Assembly (NCBI GenBank): GCA_030523825.1 | Contig: JAUNHU010000003.1 | Span: 3,346-67,345 of the forward strand | DNA: 64,000 bases | Direction of reading: 5' to 3' | From: Lautropia sp. | Lineage (GTDB): Bacteria; Pseudomonadota; Gammaproteobacteria; Burkholderiales; Burkholderiaceae_E | Part shown: in pieces, positions 8,199-19,785 of the stretch | Layout of the letters: every line of letters starts with the position of its first letter | How positions within the stretch are numbered: the stretch's first letter is position 1 | Translations under genes and position numbers: made by a program | Notes under the pieces: model-generated | The model's database searches: none | Told to the model about the DNA's origin: nothing | The model's input: only the letters and a program-made list of their open reading frames with translations

Positions 8199-11100
8199 AC
8201 ACCAGCGGCCGGGTGGACGGCGGAGGATGAAGCCTGCCCGTCTGCACCGCTGCCGGCTGCGTTGTCAGCACTGGCACTGTGCCCCAGCACCCGCCCCGAA
8301 AAACCGATGCTCACCAGCTGCTCGAAATCGGCCAGCGCCATCGGTGCGCCCAGCGCCTGACCCTGACCATAATCGACGCTCATGCTCTCCAGCGCCGGCA
8401 ACAGGTGCCGGCCCTGCACCGACTTGGCCACGCTGGCAATGCCCAGCTCGTGGGCCAGCACGGTAATGGTGCGCAGAACGGCCTGCCCCGCCCCCTGGTG
8501 CGCCAGTGAATCGGTAAAGCTGCCATCCACCTTCAGGTAGCTGACGCCAATTTCGCCGATGGCCGACAGGTTCAGGAAACCACTGCCCACATTGTCGAGC
8601 GCGGCACGCGCCCCATACTGACGCAGCATGCCGATCAGCCGCTTCATCATGTAGCCATCCTGCATGGCAACGGCTTCGTCGATCTCGATCACCAGCCGCG
8701 ACGCCACATGCTGATAGCGGCGCACCTGGCTGATGAGATGTGTCTTGAAGGCTTCGTCACTCAGCGCTTCGGCCGACAGGTTGATGGAAATGAAATCCAG
8801 CGCGCGGAAATTGCGCTCGTTGGCACTCAGCCAGCGCAGCGTTTCGCCCAGCACCCAGCGGTCGATGGAGGCCATTTCGCCCCGGTAGACCGCAGCCTCG
8901 ATCAGGCCGGTGGGCGAACGCAGTGAACCATCGGGCGTGAGGTGGCGCAGCAATATCTCGCCACCAAGACGATTGGAGTCACCCAGCCCGACCACCGGCT
9001 GGATGGCAAGACGAAAATCACTGAAGGCCCGGGTACGACGCAGACGGTCGAGTACCTCGTTCTCGACATGATGACGCTGGCGCTCGCTGTCGGGTTCGGC
9101 GTCGGCCAGCTCCACCACCTGATTGCGGCCCTTGCGCTTGGCATCACGGCAGGCACGGTCGGCGCCATCCAGCAGCCGCTCGAAATCGCTGTCCTCACGC
9201 GAGGAGCACACCCCCAGACTGGCGGTCACGGCAAATCGCTTGCCCGACACCTCGAAGGGACGCCCCGCGATCGCATCGAGGGCGCGATAGGCCTGCAGGC
9301 TGTGCGGGGGGTCGCTGGTGTGCAGCAGCATGGCAAACTCGTCACCGCCCATCCGCGCAATTTCCACATCGGCACCCAGACGGGAACGCAGCCGCCGGAC
9401 CACGTCCATCAGCACCGCATCGCCTGCCTGGTGGCCGAACACGTCGTTCAGCACCTTGAAGCGATCCAGATCCAGATAGCAGATGGCGAGCTGCCCGACA
9501 CGCGCGCTGGCAAGCGCCCGCGTGGCCGCCCGTTCCAGACCATGCCGGTTCAGCGCCCCGGTCAGCTTGTCGTGCTGGGACTCCCGCATCAGATGATGCT
9601 CGGCCTGCTTCTGCTCGGTCACGTCCGTCAGGCTCACGTCATGACCGACATCGGTGCGGCGGGCCTGCACGCGCAGCCAGCGATGGCCGTCCTCGCGCTC
9701 CAGGCGCCAGACGAAATCGGCCTCATCGAAGCTGCTCAGATCCTGATGGATGCGCTCCTGCAGATCGGCAGGAAATGCCTCATTCAGCGCAGCCAGCGTC
9801 TCTTGGTCATGATGGATGAGCGAGAGTTCGGCAGCGGCCGGCTCGGCACCATCCCGTTGGCGCCCCCCATCTGTCGCCCCGGCCACGACATCCGGTTGCG
9901 GCACGTTGAACAGACGGGTCGAGACCTCGTTGTAGCGTTCGATCCGGCTGCCCTGATCGAAAGACAGCAGGGCAATCGGAATTGCCTGATAGGTGGCCTG
10001 ATAACGCCCGAGCGCGTCGATGGCCGCCTTCTGCGTGCGCAACTGGCGGGAACGCTCTGCTGCAAGATAGGCGACCACCGCCGTGGAGGCATTCATCACT
10101 GCCAGCAGCGTGGTCGAGCGCAGATCCAGCCAGGGCAGCGGCTGCTCGATGAGCCCCACCAGATAGGCCAGCGTGTTGGCTGCGGCCATGCCGTCGAGGC
10201 ACGGGGTACACAGATACCAGACTGCCAGCACATTGAAGCGACGACTGAGGTTGACCACCGTGAGTGCCACCACGGTGACGATGATGACGGCCGACACCAG
10301 ATAGAGCAGTACCGCAAACACTTCGGGGGACAGCAGCCCCGACACCACGAACGCAAAAGCGCCGAGAATGGACACGCCATGCAGCCAGGCACCAAAGCGG
10401 TGGCCCTTCAGCCGCGACTCCATCAGGCTCCACATCAGCGCGCCGCTGGCACAGGGCAGGCTGATCTGCGCCATCTGCTCGATGCCTGTGCCGATGGGGC
10501 CGGTGATGGTCGTGCCCAGCCAGAATTGCAGATACCCGCCTGCGGACATCAGATAGGCAGCGCGTGCCCCCAGCCACAAGGCCAGCATGCGCATCACGCG
10601 CAGGTGCATCAGCTGACCGGCAACAAAAGCCACCAGACAGAGCATGACGAGGATGCTGCCCAGCATGGTCCCCTGCTGCTCGATCTGGCGCTGTGCCTCG
10701 ACGAAACGGTCATGATCCCAGAGGTCGAGCGACAGTGCCAGCCGGGATTTCTCCAGCTCAAGACGCAGCACCAGCGTCAGGTCGTGTTCGCCGCTGAAGC
10801 GCCGATGCCCGGCCGGCAGGGGCAGCGGCATCTCCGGCAGGGTGATGGCATAGCCCGGCAGCGCGCGACTGGCCTTGACCGGATCACGGTCGTTGCTGAA
10901 ATGGGCGTAGAGCAGCGCCTGACCGAATTCGTCGAGGATGACGGCATCGCCCTTGGCAATGGCTTCGTTGCCGATGTGCAGCACGCGGGAGCGCTCCACC
11001 GTATCGGCAGGAATGCGCGCCAGCACCCAGAGTGTCTTCTGGGCAAGCCGCTCGTTGCCCGAGGCAACATTCGCCCCGTCATCACGCAGCGGCCCGATGA

Positions 11101-11299
11101 CGTTCGACAGCTCGTTGAAACCTCTCGATGACGCGAGAATCTTGTAGGGCAGCACCTGCTCGGGGCGCGAATAGGCCATCGGGTAGGCAAACAGCCAGAC
11201 CAGATACGAGAACAGGATCAGCAGCAGCACCCACCCGGCCAGCTGGCGGGAACTGAGTCGCTGTCGACTGGCAGATTCGTCTCGCACTATTTTCCCCAC
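8171..11299 (-). CDS. Membrane sensor diguanylate cyclase (7TM-DISM-like / PAS / GGDEF / degenerate EAL)
   Basis: Periplasmic domain plus about 7 TM; HDKLTGALNR, DLDRFKVLND.FGH.AGD and RMGGDEF; C-terminal EAL-like domain (EILLR). Confidence 0.88.
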   Translation of the reverse strand: MGKIVRDESASRQRLSSRQLAGWVLLLILFSYLVWLFAYPMAYSRPEQVLPYKILASSRGFNELSNVIGPLRDDGANVASGNERLAQKTLWVLARIPADTVERSRVLHIGNEAIAKGDAVILDEFGQALLYAHFSNDRDPVKASRALPGYAITLPEMPLPLPAGHRRFSGEHDLTLVLRLELEKSRLALSLDLWDHDRFVEAQRQIEQQGTMLGSILVMLCLVAFVAGQLMHLRVMRMLALWLGARAAYLMSAGGYLQFWLGTTITGPIGTGIEQMAQISLPCASGALMWSLMESRLKGHRFGAWLHGVSILGAFAFVVSGLLSPEVFAVLLYLVSAVIIVTVVALTVVNLSRRFNVLAVWYLCTPCLDGMAAANTLAYLVGLIEQPLPWLDLRSTTLLAVMNASTAVVAYLAAERSRQLRTQKAAIDALGRYQATYQAIPIALLSFDQGSRIERYNEVSTRLFNVPQPDVVAGATDGGRQRDGAEPAAAELSLIHHDQETLAALNEAFPADLQERIHQDLSSFDEADFVWRLEREDGHRWLRVQARRTDVGHDVSLTDVTEQKQAEHHLMRESQHDKLTGALNRHGLERAATRALASARVGQLAICYLDLDRFKVLNDVFGHQAGDAVLMDVVRRLRSRLGADVEIARMGGDEFAMLLHTSDPPHSLQAYRALDAIAGRPFEVSGKRFAVTASLGVCSSREDSDFERLLDGADRACRDAKRKGRNQVVELADAEPDSERQRHHVENEVLDRLRRTRAFSDFRLAIQPVVGLGDSNRLGGEILLRHLTPDGSLRSPTGLIEAAVYRGEMASIDRWVLGETLRWLSANERNFRALDFISINLSAEALSDEAFKTHLISQVRRYQHVASRLVIEIDEAVAMQDGYMMKRLIGMLRQYGARAALDNVGSGFLNLSAIGEIGVSYLKVDGSFTDSLAHQGAGQAVLRTITVLAHELGIASVAKSVQGRHLLPALESMSVDYGQGQALGAPMALADFEQLVSIGFSGRVLGHSASADNAAGSGADGQASSSAVHPAAGVQNSSSAPR

Positions 11300-11875
11300 G
11301 GCACGATGCAGGTGGCAGGAAACCGGACATGCCCATACCCGCGTTCCGAAGCAACGCTCTCAACCCGGCATGACCGCCGGCACAACCACATCATGAGCAT
11401 GAACAGAACTCGGCCGGAAGCATTCCGGGCAGATGAAACAAGGAACGTGGCACACGAAGCGCATCGACATCAACCGGCCGAAAAATCTGCCGGCACGACC
11501 CCTCATGATGACTCACGTCTGCCTGAACAACAGGATAACGACGACCGATGAGCGGCAGGCCCGCACCGTTGTTTCCGCCGACGAATGACATTTCCGGGGG
11601 ACGAACGGTCGATTCCGCGCCCGAACGGCAGGCGCGGCGATGCAGTCACGCAACAGCCTGCAGGCATGTGACAGGCGGCACTGTTCGGTGCTGCTGCACG
11701 AAAATGCCCCCGAAAAAGCGGCAAATCGTGTTGCGCATGCCTGCAGGCCTCTGCCCCGCTCGGCCTGCGGGAAAACCGCTGCAAAAGATGCTACCCGATC
11801 AGCAGGCGGCGGGCCGTCGGTCGGCCTGTCCACCGGCAGGATGGCATCCGGCAGCAAATTGCCAGGCGGTGGTGT

Positions 11876-12658
11876 TCAGGACTGGATAGCGGGCGATGGA
11901 GACAGCGACGGCTGCGGGCTGGACGACGACGGGTTGGATGGCGCCGGGCTCACGGGCAGATCGCCTGCCTGGCCTGACGGCGGCTGAAGGCGCCAGCGCT
12001 TCCACGCAGCAAAGACGGCATCGGGATACTTCGCGCGCCCCCGGCTGCCGTTGTAGCGGCCCAGCGCCATGAACAGATCGCCCTTCTCGATATCGAGATA
12101 ATGACGCAGGATGACACAGCCGTAGCGAATGTTCACCCGCCGGTTGAACAGGTGATCGGCATTGCCATCGCCGATCACCTTCGTCCAGAAGGGCATCACC
12201 TGCATGTAGCCGCGTGCGCCCACACTGGAAATGGCATGCTGACGAAAGCCGCTTTCCACCTGGATGAGTCCCAGCACCATCTCCGGGTCGAGCCCGGCCC
12301 GTTGCGCCTCATAGCGCACGGTAAGCAGGAATGCCTGCCGGGCCTCGAAGGTGGGCAGGTGCCGGCGCGGCAGCCGGTCGGACATGTGGCTGAGCCAGTC
12401 GATCTTCTGGCGGGGAGAATCCCACAGCGGCTCGGCATCCATCGGTGCGGCAATGGCACGCGCCAGCGCATTCTTCACCGCATCGGCCAGGGTTTCGTAA
12501 TGCTGGTGCCCGGCCTGTGCCTCACGGGAAAACAGCGCCCCGCCTGCCACGCAGGCAACGGACGCCCCGAAAGCGACACGCAACAGGTCACGCCGCGAGG
12601 CCGGAGCCTCCGGTCGCGCATCGGTTCGATGGACGAGGGTGTGGATGGAGTCAGACAT
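11876..12658 (-). CDS. Lytic transglycosylase (SLT domain) with Tat-type signal
   Basis: LIQVESGF, GARGYMQVM, NIRYG and ALGRYNGS motifs; SRRDLLR twin-arginine leader; located downstream of proS. Confidence 0.9.
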   Translation of the reverse strand: MSDSIHTLVHRTDARPEAPASRRDLLRVAFGASVACVAGGALFSREAQAGHQHYETLADAVKNALARAIAAPMDAEPLWDSPRQKIDWLSHMSDRLPRRHLPTFEARQAFLLTVRYEAQRAGLDPEMVLGLIQVESGFRQHAISSVGARGYMQVMPFWTKVIGDGNADHLFNRRVNIRYGCVILRHYLDIEKGDLFMALGRYNGSRGRAKYPDAVFAAWKRWRLQPPSGQAGDLPVSPAPSNPSSSSPQPSLSPSPAIQS

Positions 12659-13000
12659 CAAGCGTTCATCACAACCAGAGCGTGGTGCCTTGCCGACAAA
12701 TGCTCCCGGGTCAGCGCGGGGACGGACAACTTCGTGACACACGCCGGGCCAGCCAGCAGTCCGAACGCACGCCAGACGGAAAACACATCAGCCGGGCCAG
12801 CATGGGCCAGGCAGAGCACACACAGAGCGCTCCCACAGTCATGAGCCTGCCGCAGCAGGCCCCATCCTCCCTCTCCCGGAACGTGCCGGCACCAGCCAGC
12901 CGCCCGAAAGGCAGCGGCGGCAGATGAACGCCCGGTGCGGCATGCAAGCGCTGCCGTAAGGAAACTGACCCGACAGCAGCATGAAACGCAGTTGCGGCGC

Positions 13001-14770
13001 TTACAGCGTCTTCAGCCGTTCCTTCACCTGAGCGACCACATCGGCGGGCGCCACCTTGGTGGTTTCCAGCCCGCGACGCACGGTGAGTTCCACCAGCCCT
13101 TCCTTCAGGCCGCGGTCGCCCACGGTAACGCGCAGCGGCACGCCGATGAGTTCCCAGTCGGCCAACATCACGCCAGGGCGCTCGTCGCGGTCATCCAGCA
13201 CATAGCGCAGGCCAGCTGCTTCCATCTCGGCCGCCAGTTTTTCAACGGCGTCACGCACGGCTTCGGAACGGCTCAGGCCCATCGGGCAGATGACGACTTC
13301 AAAGGGTGCAATGGCGGCCGGCCAGATGATGCCCTTCTCATCGTGGTTCTGCTCGATGGCAGCACCCAGCAGGCGCGTGACACCGATGCCGTAGCAGCCC
13401 ATCTCCAGATAGCGGTTCTGACCGTTCTCGTCGATGTAGGTGGCGTTCATCGCCTCGGAATACTTGGTGCCAAGATAGAACACGTGTCCGATCTCGATGC
13501 CGCGCTGAATGGCGAGCACGCCGTGGCCATCCGGCGATGGGTCGCCAGGCTGCACGTTGCGGATGTCGGCGGTCATCACCTCGCCGATCTGGCCCTCGGG
13601 CATCGGCTCGGGCAGGTCGCGCCCCCAGTTGATGCCGGTGATGTGATAGTCGATTTCGTTGGCACCGCAGATGAAATCGCTCATGCGGGCCACGGTGCGA
13701 TCGGCCACGATACGCACGGGCTTTTTCGTGCCGACGGGGCCGAGGTAGCCCGGCGGCGTGCCGAAGTGCTCGATGATCTCGGCCTCGGTGGCAAAGCGGA
13801 ATCCGGCCAGACCGGGAATCTTGCCTACCTTGATCTCGTTCATCTCGTGGTCGCCGCGCAACATCAGCAGCCAGATCAGCGGCGGCTGCGGGTTGCCCTT
13901 TTCATCCTGCCGCTCGGTGGCCAGCACGATCGACTTGATGGTGCGATCGAGCGGCAGCTTCAGGTATTCGGCCACATCGGCGCAGCGCGCCTGACCGGGG
14001 GTGGCGGTACGCGTCATCGCCTCCTTCGGCTCTGCGCGCTCGCCCAGCAGCGGCAGCGCTTCGGCCAGCTCGATGTTGGCGGCGTAATTCGATTCGGTGC
14101 TGTAGACCAGTGCGTCTTCGCCGGTTTCGGCAATCACCTGGAATTCGTGACTGGCCGAGCCACCGATGGAGCCGGTGTCGGCCGCCACGGCACGATAGGT
14201 GAGACCCAGGCGATCGAAGATGCGGATGTAGGCGTCGTACATCTTCTGATAGCTCTGCAGCGCCGATTCGGGATCACGGTCGAAGGAATAGGCATCCTTC
14301 ATGGTGAATTCGCGCCCGCGCATCACGCCAAACCGGGGACGACGTTCGTCGCGGAACTTGGTCTGGATGTGATAGAAGTTTTTCGGCAACTGGCGATAAC
14401 TGCGCAGATCCTGCCTGGCGATGTCGGTGATGACTTCTTCAGACGTGGGCTGGATCACGAAATCGCGCTCGTGACGATCGCGGATGCGCAACAGCTCGGG
14501 GCCATAGGCGTCCCAGCGCCCGGTTTCCATCCACAGCTCGGCCGGCTGCACCAGCGGCATCAGCAGTTCGATGGCGCCCGCTGCGTCCATCTCCTCGCGG
14601 ATGATGGTCTCGATGCGACGAATGATGCGCAACCCGAGTGGCATGTAGGTATAGATGCCGCCTGCGAGCTTGCGGATCATGCCGGCGCGCATCATCAACT
14701 GATGACTGATGATCTCGGCATCGGCGGGCGCTTCTTTGTAGGTGGGAAGATGCAGTGCTGTGGCTTTCAT
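13001..14770 (-). CDS. proS: Proline--tRNA ligase
   Basis: [29 protein letters not shown] editing domain, [15 protein letters not shown]. Confidence 0.98.
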   Translation of the reverse strand: MKATALHLPTYKEAPADAEIISHQLMMRAGMIRKLAGGIYTYMPLGLRIIRRIETIIREEMDAAGAIELLMPLVQPAELWMETGRWDAYGPELLRIRDRHERDFVIQPTSEEVITDIARQDLRSYRQLPKNFYHIQTKFRDERRPRFGVMRGREFTMKDAYSFDRDPESALQSYQKMYDAYIRIFDRLGLTYRAVAADTGSIGGSASHEFQVIAETGEDALVYSTESNYAANIELAEALPLLGERAEPKEAMTRTATPGQARCADVAEYLKLPLDRTIKSIVLATERQDEKGNPQPPLIWLLMLRGDHEMNEIKVGKIPGLAGFRFATEAEIIEHFGTPPGYLGPVGTKKPVRIVADRTVARMSDFICGANEIDYHITGINWGRDLPEPMPEGQIGEVMTADIRNVQPGDPSPDGHGVLAIQRGIEIGHVFYLGTKYSEAMNATYIDENGQNRYLEMGCYGIGVTRLLGAAIEQNHDEKGIIWPAAIAPFEVVICPMGLSRSEAVRDAVEKLAAEMEAAGLRYVLDDRDERPGVMLADWELIGVPLRVTVGDRGLKEGLVELTVRRGLETTKVAPADVVAQVKERLKTL

Positions 14771-15036
14771 GGGTTCGACTTATATAATGTTCCACATTCT
14801 AGAGAAGTTTCCCGACCGGGGAGCATTCTCTCAACCAAACACCACATCCCGTCTTCTGGCCCTGTTGCATCTCCTGCCCGTCCGGTGAGTCAGCCCGGCG
14901 CCGGGAGATGCGCGTGCGCCCGAGCGACCCGGTGTGAGATGAATCGGTACAGATCCGGCAGCACGCACCGGCCTGCCCCCGCAGCCGGAATACCGCCGCC
15001 CCTGCCCCGATCCATCTGCACAAGACAGAGCCTCAC

Positions 15037-16215
15037 ATGCTGGACAAGTACGGCTATCGCCCCAACGTCGGGATCATCCTGATAAACCAGGACAACAAGG
15101 TGTTCTGGGGCAAGCGCATTCGTGAACAGGCCTGGCAGTTTCCGCAGGGGGGCATCAATCCCGAGGAATCACCCGAGCAGGCGATGTACCGCGAATTGCA
15201 CGAGGAAATCGGCCTGCATCCCGAGCACGTCGAGATCATCGGGCGCACCCGCAACTGGCTGCGCTACAACGTGCCCGAGCGCTGGGTGCGCCGCGAATGG
15301 CGCGGACACTATCGCGGCCAGAAGCAGATCTGGTTCCTGCTGCGCATGAAGGCAGAAGACGGCGCCATCAGGCTGGATGCCGATGCGCACCCCGAATTCG
15401 ATTCGTGGCGCTGGAGCGATTACTGGTTGCCGCTCGATGCCGTCATCGAGTTCAAGCGCGGCGTGTACATGCGCGCACTCACCGAGCTGTCTGCCCTGCT
15501 CGACCTGCCCCCGCCGCCGCCCACGCTCATGCCTCGCTCGCCGCGTGGACGCGGCAACGGTGCTGCACGCAGCAGCCGGGCCGGGGCAGCAACGTCCCGG
15601 GACAACGAACGGCAAGGCAGCGGCAACCGCAATGGCCGCACGAGCCCCCGCACCGAAGCCGGCGGACGCTCCGAGCGCAGCACACGCCCGGATCGTGCCG
15701 AACGCAACGCGCCCCGCGAAGCCGAGGGCAGCTCCCGCCGAGGCGCCCTGCCGCGTGCAGCGAGCGGCTCAGAGCAGCGCCCCCGTACCGCAGCACGTGC
15801 CGATTCGGCCTCCCCGACCCCACACGCCGGTGAAGCCGGACGCAGTGCGCCGCCCCGGCGGCAGGACGGACGCCGGCGTCCGGCCGGTCGCAACGCGCAG
15901 GCCAGCAATGCCGGCTCACGGCAAGTACGGGGTTCGGCCGAAGGCACAGGCACCGACAGCACGCAACGCCCCCGGCAAACGGCCGACAGGCAGGCGCCTG
16001 CCGGGCAGGCTGCGGGCCGCTCGGCAGATGGCACGAATCGCCCTGCCTCCGGCAGGCCGGCCCGCAAGGCCGCAAGGCCGAGCGGCCCCGCCCATGCCGA
16101 CAGGAACCGCAGCAGGCAGGTTGCGGGCAGTGGCGCGCCGCAGGGCGAACCACGCCCCACCAGTCTGGCTGAGCCACCGGCCCGGCCGCGCCGCCGCCCC
16201 CGCTCGCGCCGCTGA
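15037..16215 (+). CDS. rppH: RNA pyrophosphohydrolase RppH with about 230-aa Arg/Ala/Gly/Ser-rich C-terminal tail
   Basis: [32 protein letters not shown] Nudix box, [17 protein letters not shown]; divergent from proS. Confidence 0.95.
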   Translation: MLDKYGYRPNVGIILINQDNKVFWGKRIREQAWQFPQGGINPEESPEQAMYRELHEEIGLHPEHVEIIGRTRNWLRYNVPERWVRREWRGHYRGQKQIWFLLRMKAEDGAIRLDADAHPEFDSWRWSDYWLPLDAVIEFKRGVYMRALTELSALLDLPPPPPTLMPRSPRGRGNGAARSSRAGAATSRDNERQGSGNRNGRTSPRTEAGGRSERSTRPDRAERNAPREAEGSSRRGALPRAASGSEQRPRTAARADSASPTPHAGEAGRSAPPRRQDGRRRPAGRNAQASNAGSRQVRGSAEGTGTDSTQRPRQTADRQAPAGQAAGRSADGTNRPASGRPARKAARPSGPAHADRNRSRQVAGSGAPQGEPRPTSLAEPPARPRRRPRSRR

Positions 16216-16388
16216 AACGCAGGGGCGCCCCGACGCAAGGCCCCTCAGCCGCTCATCCGCAGTTCGGGGGTCTGACATCACGCACCACGCGCGCGAAGTC
16301 GAGGGGGCGAAACCCGCCCCTCCCGGCATGCTTCCGGCAGCGTCCAGCACCCCAGAACAAAACCCGGCCCGGCTCAGGTTGAACATAT

Positions 16389-18017
16389 CTACGGCAGGCT
16401 GACGACGAAGCAGCTTCCGCCACCGGCACGTGCCTCATGGTGCGCATCACCACCGTGGCGGCGCGCAATCTGCCGCACCAGCGCCAACCCCAGACCGACA
16501 TTGCCGGCCTTTTCGGCATGGCCGTCCACGCGGTAGAAGGCTTCAAAGATGCGCTCACGGTCGGCATCGGGTACACCCGGACCACGATCGAGCACCTCGA
16601 TGCGCAGCGCCCCGGCGGCATAAGCCCGCTGTGCCTCGCCCCGCCCCTCATCAGGAGCGACCCCTTCCGTTGCAGGAAAACGGGAAGGCTCTCCCGATGC
16701 TGGCACAGAAGGCTGCGCCTCTGCGCGTGACACCAGCCGCAGCACTACCGGCTCGTCTCCCGCCGGGTGATAACGCCTGGCGTTTTCCAGCAGGTTGCGC
16801 AACATGCGCCGCAGCAGACGCAGCTCGCCCCTCAGCTCGGGAATCTCGCCCTCCACCTGCAGGTCTGCCCCGGTGCGCGCAGCTTCTTCGGCAGCCAGCC
16901 CGATCAGATCGACGGGTTCCATCACACCATCCGCATCGGCCTGCGTGTCCAGCCGGCTGGCCAGCAGGATTTCCTCGACCAGCTCATCCAGCTCATGGAT
17001 GCTCTGGCGCACCTCGGCCGCGTGCTGCTGCACGTCGTCGGGGCTTTCCAGCATCAGCTCGGTCGCCATCCGGATGCGTGCCAGCGGCGAACGCAATTCA
17101 TGGGAAGCATTGGCCAGCAGCCGGCGCTGGCTGTGCAGGAGCGCATCCTGCCGGTTGACCAGTGCCTCGATCTGGCCTGCCGCCCGGTTGAAACTGTGTG
17201 CCAGCGCGGCCACCTCGTCGCGCCCCTGCACCTCGGCACGAATCTTCAGGTCTCCTGCGGCCTGCCGATCGACAGTGCGCTGGAGCGACTCCAGCCGGCG
17301 GGTGATGCGGCGCGATACCGGCCAGGCCGCCAACCCCACCGCCACGAACAGCAGGGCAAGCGCCACGGGCGCGCTGACCGGTGGCCGGGGGGGCTGCGGG
17401 CGCCATGAGCGGATCAGCAGCGTGCGCGCATCCGGCAGCGCCACCTGATGCAGCACCGCCTCCATCGGCTGTGCGCGTCGCCCCCCACCGGGCTCGCGGA
17501 CGCCATCACCACGGCGCCCATCGCGCATCCCCATGCCCGGCTCGGCACGCTCGCCTGGCCTCGTACCATCCCGGCCCTTTCCAGCCTCCTCGTTCCGCTC
17601 GATGCCGTTGCGCCAGATCTCGCGCCGCCGGTCGCCCTCACCGCCCGCTACCGGGCCAGCCGGCTCCAACACCGACGCATCCCGGCCCGACGCCCCCTGC
17701 TGTTCGATGCGGGGAAACTCGCCCGCCACTGGCAGCGGAATGGCACGCCCTGCCTGCGCCAGCACCCGGCCACCGGCATCCACCACCGTCAGATCCACCC
17801 GCAGGCGACGGTGCCAGTGCATCAACGACTCCTGCAGGCGCACGATGCCATCGTCGGCCGCCGGAATGACGGCCGCAGCCAGCGCCTCATTGAAGCGATG
17901 CTCCTGTTCTTCTGCACGGTTGGTGACGCGCCAGTGCCAGGCCACCGAGACGGCAACCGCCATCAGCAGCAGACTGCTCAGCAACGACAGGAAAATGGTG
18001 AGGGACAGACGGCGCAT
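16389..18017 (-). CDS. HAMP-domain sensor histidine kinase (CpxA-like)
   Basis: Two TM segments, HAMP (GRDEVAALAHSFN), ANASHELRSPLARI, NLLENARRY, DRGPG, GLGLALV. Confidence 0.92.
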   Translation of the reverse strand: MRRLSLTIFLSLLSSLLLMAVAVSVAWHWRVTNRAEEQEHRFNEALAAAVIPAADDGIVRLQESLMHWHRRLRVDLTVVDAGGRVLAQAGRAIPLPVAGEFPRIEQQGASGRDASVLEPAGPVAGGEGDRRREIWRNGIERNEEAGKGRDGTRPGERAEPGMGMRDGRRGDGVREPGGGRRAQPMEAVLHQVALPDARTLLIRSWRPQPPRPPVSAPVALALLFVAVGLAAWPVSRRITRRLESLQRTVDRQAAGDLKIRAEVQGRDEVAALAHSFNRAAGQIEALVNRQDALLHSQRRLLANASHELRSPLARIRMATELMLESPDDVQQHAAEVRQSIHELDELVEEILLASRLDTQADADGVMEPVDLIGLAAEEAARTGADLQVEGEIPELRGELRLLRRMLRNLLENARRYHPAGDEPVVLRLVSRAEAQPSVPASGEPSRFPATEGVAPDEGRGEAQRAYAAGALRIEVLDRGPGVPDADRERIFEAFYRVDGHAEKAGNVGLGLALVRQIARRHGGDAHHEARAGGGSCFVVSLP

Positions 18018-18040
18018 CGGGTCAGATCATCAGGTTGAAT

Positions 18041-18889
18041 CTAGCCCTGTGCAGCTTTCGGACGGGCAAAGACATAGCCCACCCCACGCACGGTGAGCAG
18101 GCGCTGCGGCTGGCGGGGGTCAGTCTCGATGGCCTGCCGGATCTTGCCGACATGCACGTCGATCGAACGGTCGAAGGCTTCCAGCGGCTCACCCTTCACC
18201 AGATCCATCAGGCGCTCGCGCGACATCACCCGGCCCGCATGGCGGGCCAGGGCCAGCAACAGCTCGAACTGGTAGCTGGTAAGCGTGCGGCGCTCGCCTC
18301 CTACCCGCACCTCGTGGGCGCCGATGTCGATTTCCAGATCATCGAGCACCAGGATTTCGGGCGGCTCATCCGGCACGAAGGTACGCCTGTCGCCCGGCAC
18401 GCTTCTGCCAGCGACACCCATTGTGCCGCCCGCCACGGCCTCGACTACACCCGTCATTGCATCGTCTCCAGCAGCGCTGGCTGCCGGCGTGGCAGCACGG
18501 CGCAGCAACGCACGCACCCGGGCCAGCAGCTCCCGGGGCTCGAAGGGCTTGGGCAGGTAATCGTCGGCGCCCATTTCCAGCCCCACGATGCGGTCGGTGG
18601 TCTCGCCACGCGCCGTCAGCATCAGCACCGGCACGGTGGCGGCCGCCCCCGGCATCTGCCGGATCTGCCGGCACAGATCCAGCCCGTCGGCATCGGGCAG
18701 CATCAAATCCAGCAGCACCAGATCGGGCACCTGCGCCGTCAGCGCCTGCAGGCCACTCGCCCCGGTCTCCCGATGCGCAACCTGATAGCCCGACTGCCCC
18801 AGATAGCGAACCACCATCTCGGCAAGACGGCGGTCGTCGTCGATCAGAAGAATCCCGGCCTGCTGTTTCACAAGGCTGCCCTCGTTCAT
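18041..18889 (-). CDS. OmpR-family response regulator (CpxR-like)
   Basis: LLIDDD, DLMLP, GLEMGADDYLPKPF, winged helix RSIDVHV..IR and TVRGVGY; extended interdomain linker. Confidence 0.95.
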   Translation of the reverse strand: MNEGSLVKQQAGILLIDDDRRLAEMVVRYLGQSGYQVAHRETGASGLQALTAQVPDLVLLDLMLPDADGLDLCRQIRQMPGAAATVPVLMLTARGETTDRIVGLEMGADDYLPKPFEPRELLARVRALLRRAATPAASAAGDDAMTGVVEAVAGGTMGVAGRSVPGDRRTFVPDEPPEILVLDDLEIDIGAHEVRVGGERRTLTSYQFELLLALARHAGRVMSRERLMDLVKGEPLEAFDRSIDVHVGKIRQAIETDPRQPQRLLTVRGVGYVFARPKAAQG

Positions 18890-19023
18890 GCGTTTTCACC
18901 TGCCCGTGATTTTGCCGCGTTCCATGTCAGACGGGCGACTTCCTCCCATCCATCCGGCAAACGGCGAAAGGGGCTCCCGCATGGAAGCCCCTCGAATGCC
19001 CGGATCAGGCGGGATTGCAGGGT

Positions 19024-19785
19024 TTATTCACCCCGGCGCCCCTCGCGGCCTTCACCGCGTTCGCCGCGCCCATCCCTGTCACCACGCTCGCCCCGTTCAC
19101 CCCGGTGGCGACCTTCATCGCCGCGCCTGCCATCACGATCCATGTGCTTGCCGTGGCCCGGCTTGCGCTGCTGGAACTCGGCCAGCTTCGCGCGCTGCTC
19201 GGCATTCAGCAGCGAGGCCACATCCAGCCAGGCCGCATTGGCACGTGCCGAGATGCTGTCCATCAGCTTTGCGCGATCGGCCCGCAGCGACTCGAAGGCG
19301 GCACGGTCGATGACCTCGGCCTTGAACAGCTCGGTGGCACGCTTGCCCAGCTCGCGCAGCTGCTGGTGCATCGGGCGAATCTCGGCATGAGCCTTGGTCA
19401 CGATGGCAGAGATCTTCTCGGCCTGCTCCGGCGTGCCGCCCACCTTGTCCAGCACACGCGCCACACGGGCCTTCAGGTGCTTCTCGAAGCGCTCGGCACG
19501 CTGTTCTTCGGTCAACGATGCCGGGTCTACGGGCTTGTCGTCACCGGCAGCGGCCTTCCCGTCGCGCTGATCCTTGCCGCCCTTGCGGTGAGCATGATCG
19601 CCTTTCGGGCCATGCGCCTTCGGCGGATGCGCACCAAAGGGACCCAGGCCGAACAGCTCCAGCGACGCGCCCGGCTTGCCATCGGGGCCACGACCCTGCC
19701 CGGCATCGCCCTTGTCTGCGGCCATCGCCGACACGCTCGCCATGCTCAGGATGACGGCAGCAACCAGCTTCTTGTCGAATTTCAT
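19024..19785 (-). CDS. Spy/CpxP-family periplasmic chaperone/sensor
   Basis: Signal peptide and LTxxQ-like motifs (LTEEQ, GTPEQ, LNAEQRAKL); directly upstream of the RR/HK pair. Confidence 0.82.
   Translation of the reverse strand: MKFDKKLVAAVILSMASVSAMAADKGDAGQGRGPDGKPGASLELFGLGPFGAHPPKAHGPKGDHAHRKGGKDQRDGKAAAGDDKPVDPASLTEEQRAERFEKHLKARVARVLDKVGGTPEQAEKISAIVTKAHAEIRPMHQQLRELGKRATELFKAEVIDRAAFESLRADRAKLMDSISARANAAWLDVASLLNAEQRAKLAEFQQRKPGHGKHMDRDGRRGDEGRHRGERGERGDRDGRGERGEGREGRRGE

Noticed and set aside
11300-11875. Possible c-di-GMP riboswitch upstream of the GGDEF gene
   Set aside because: No recognisable c-di-GMP-I/II core motifs could be found by eye.
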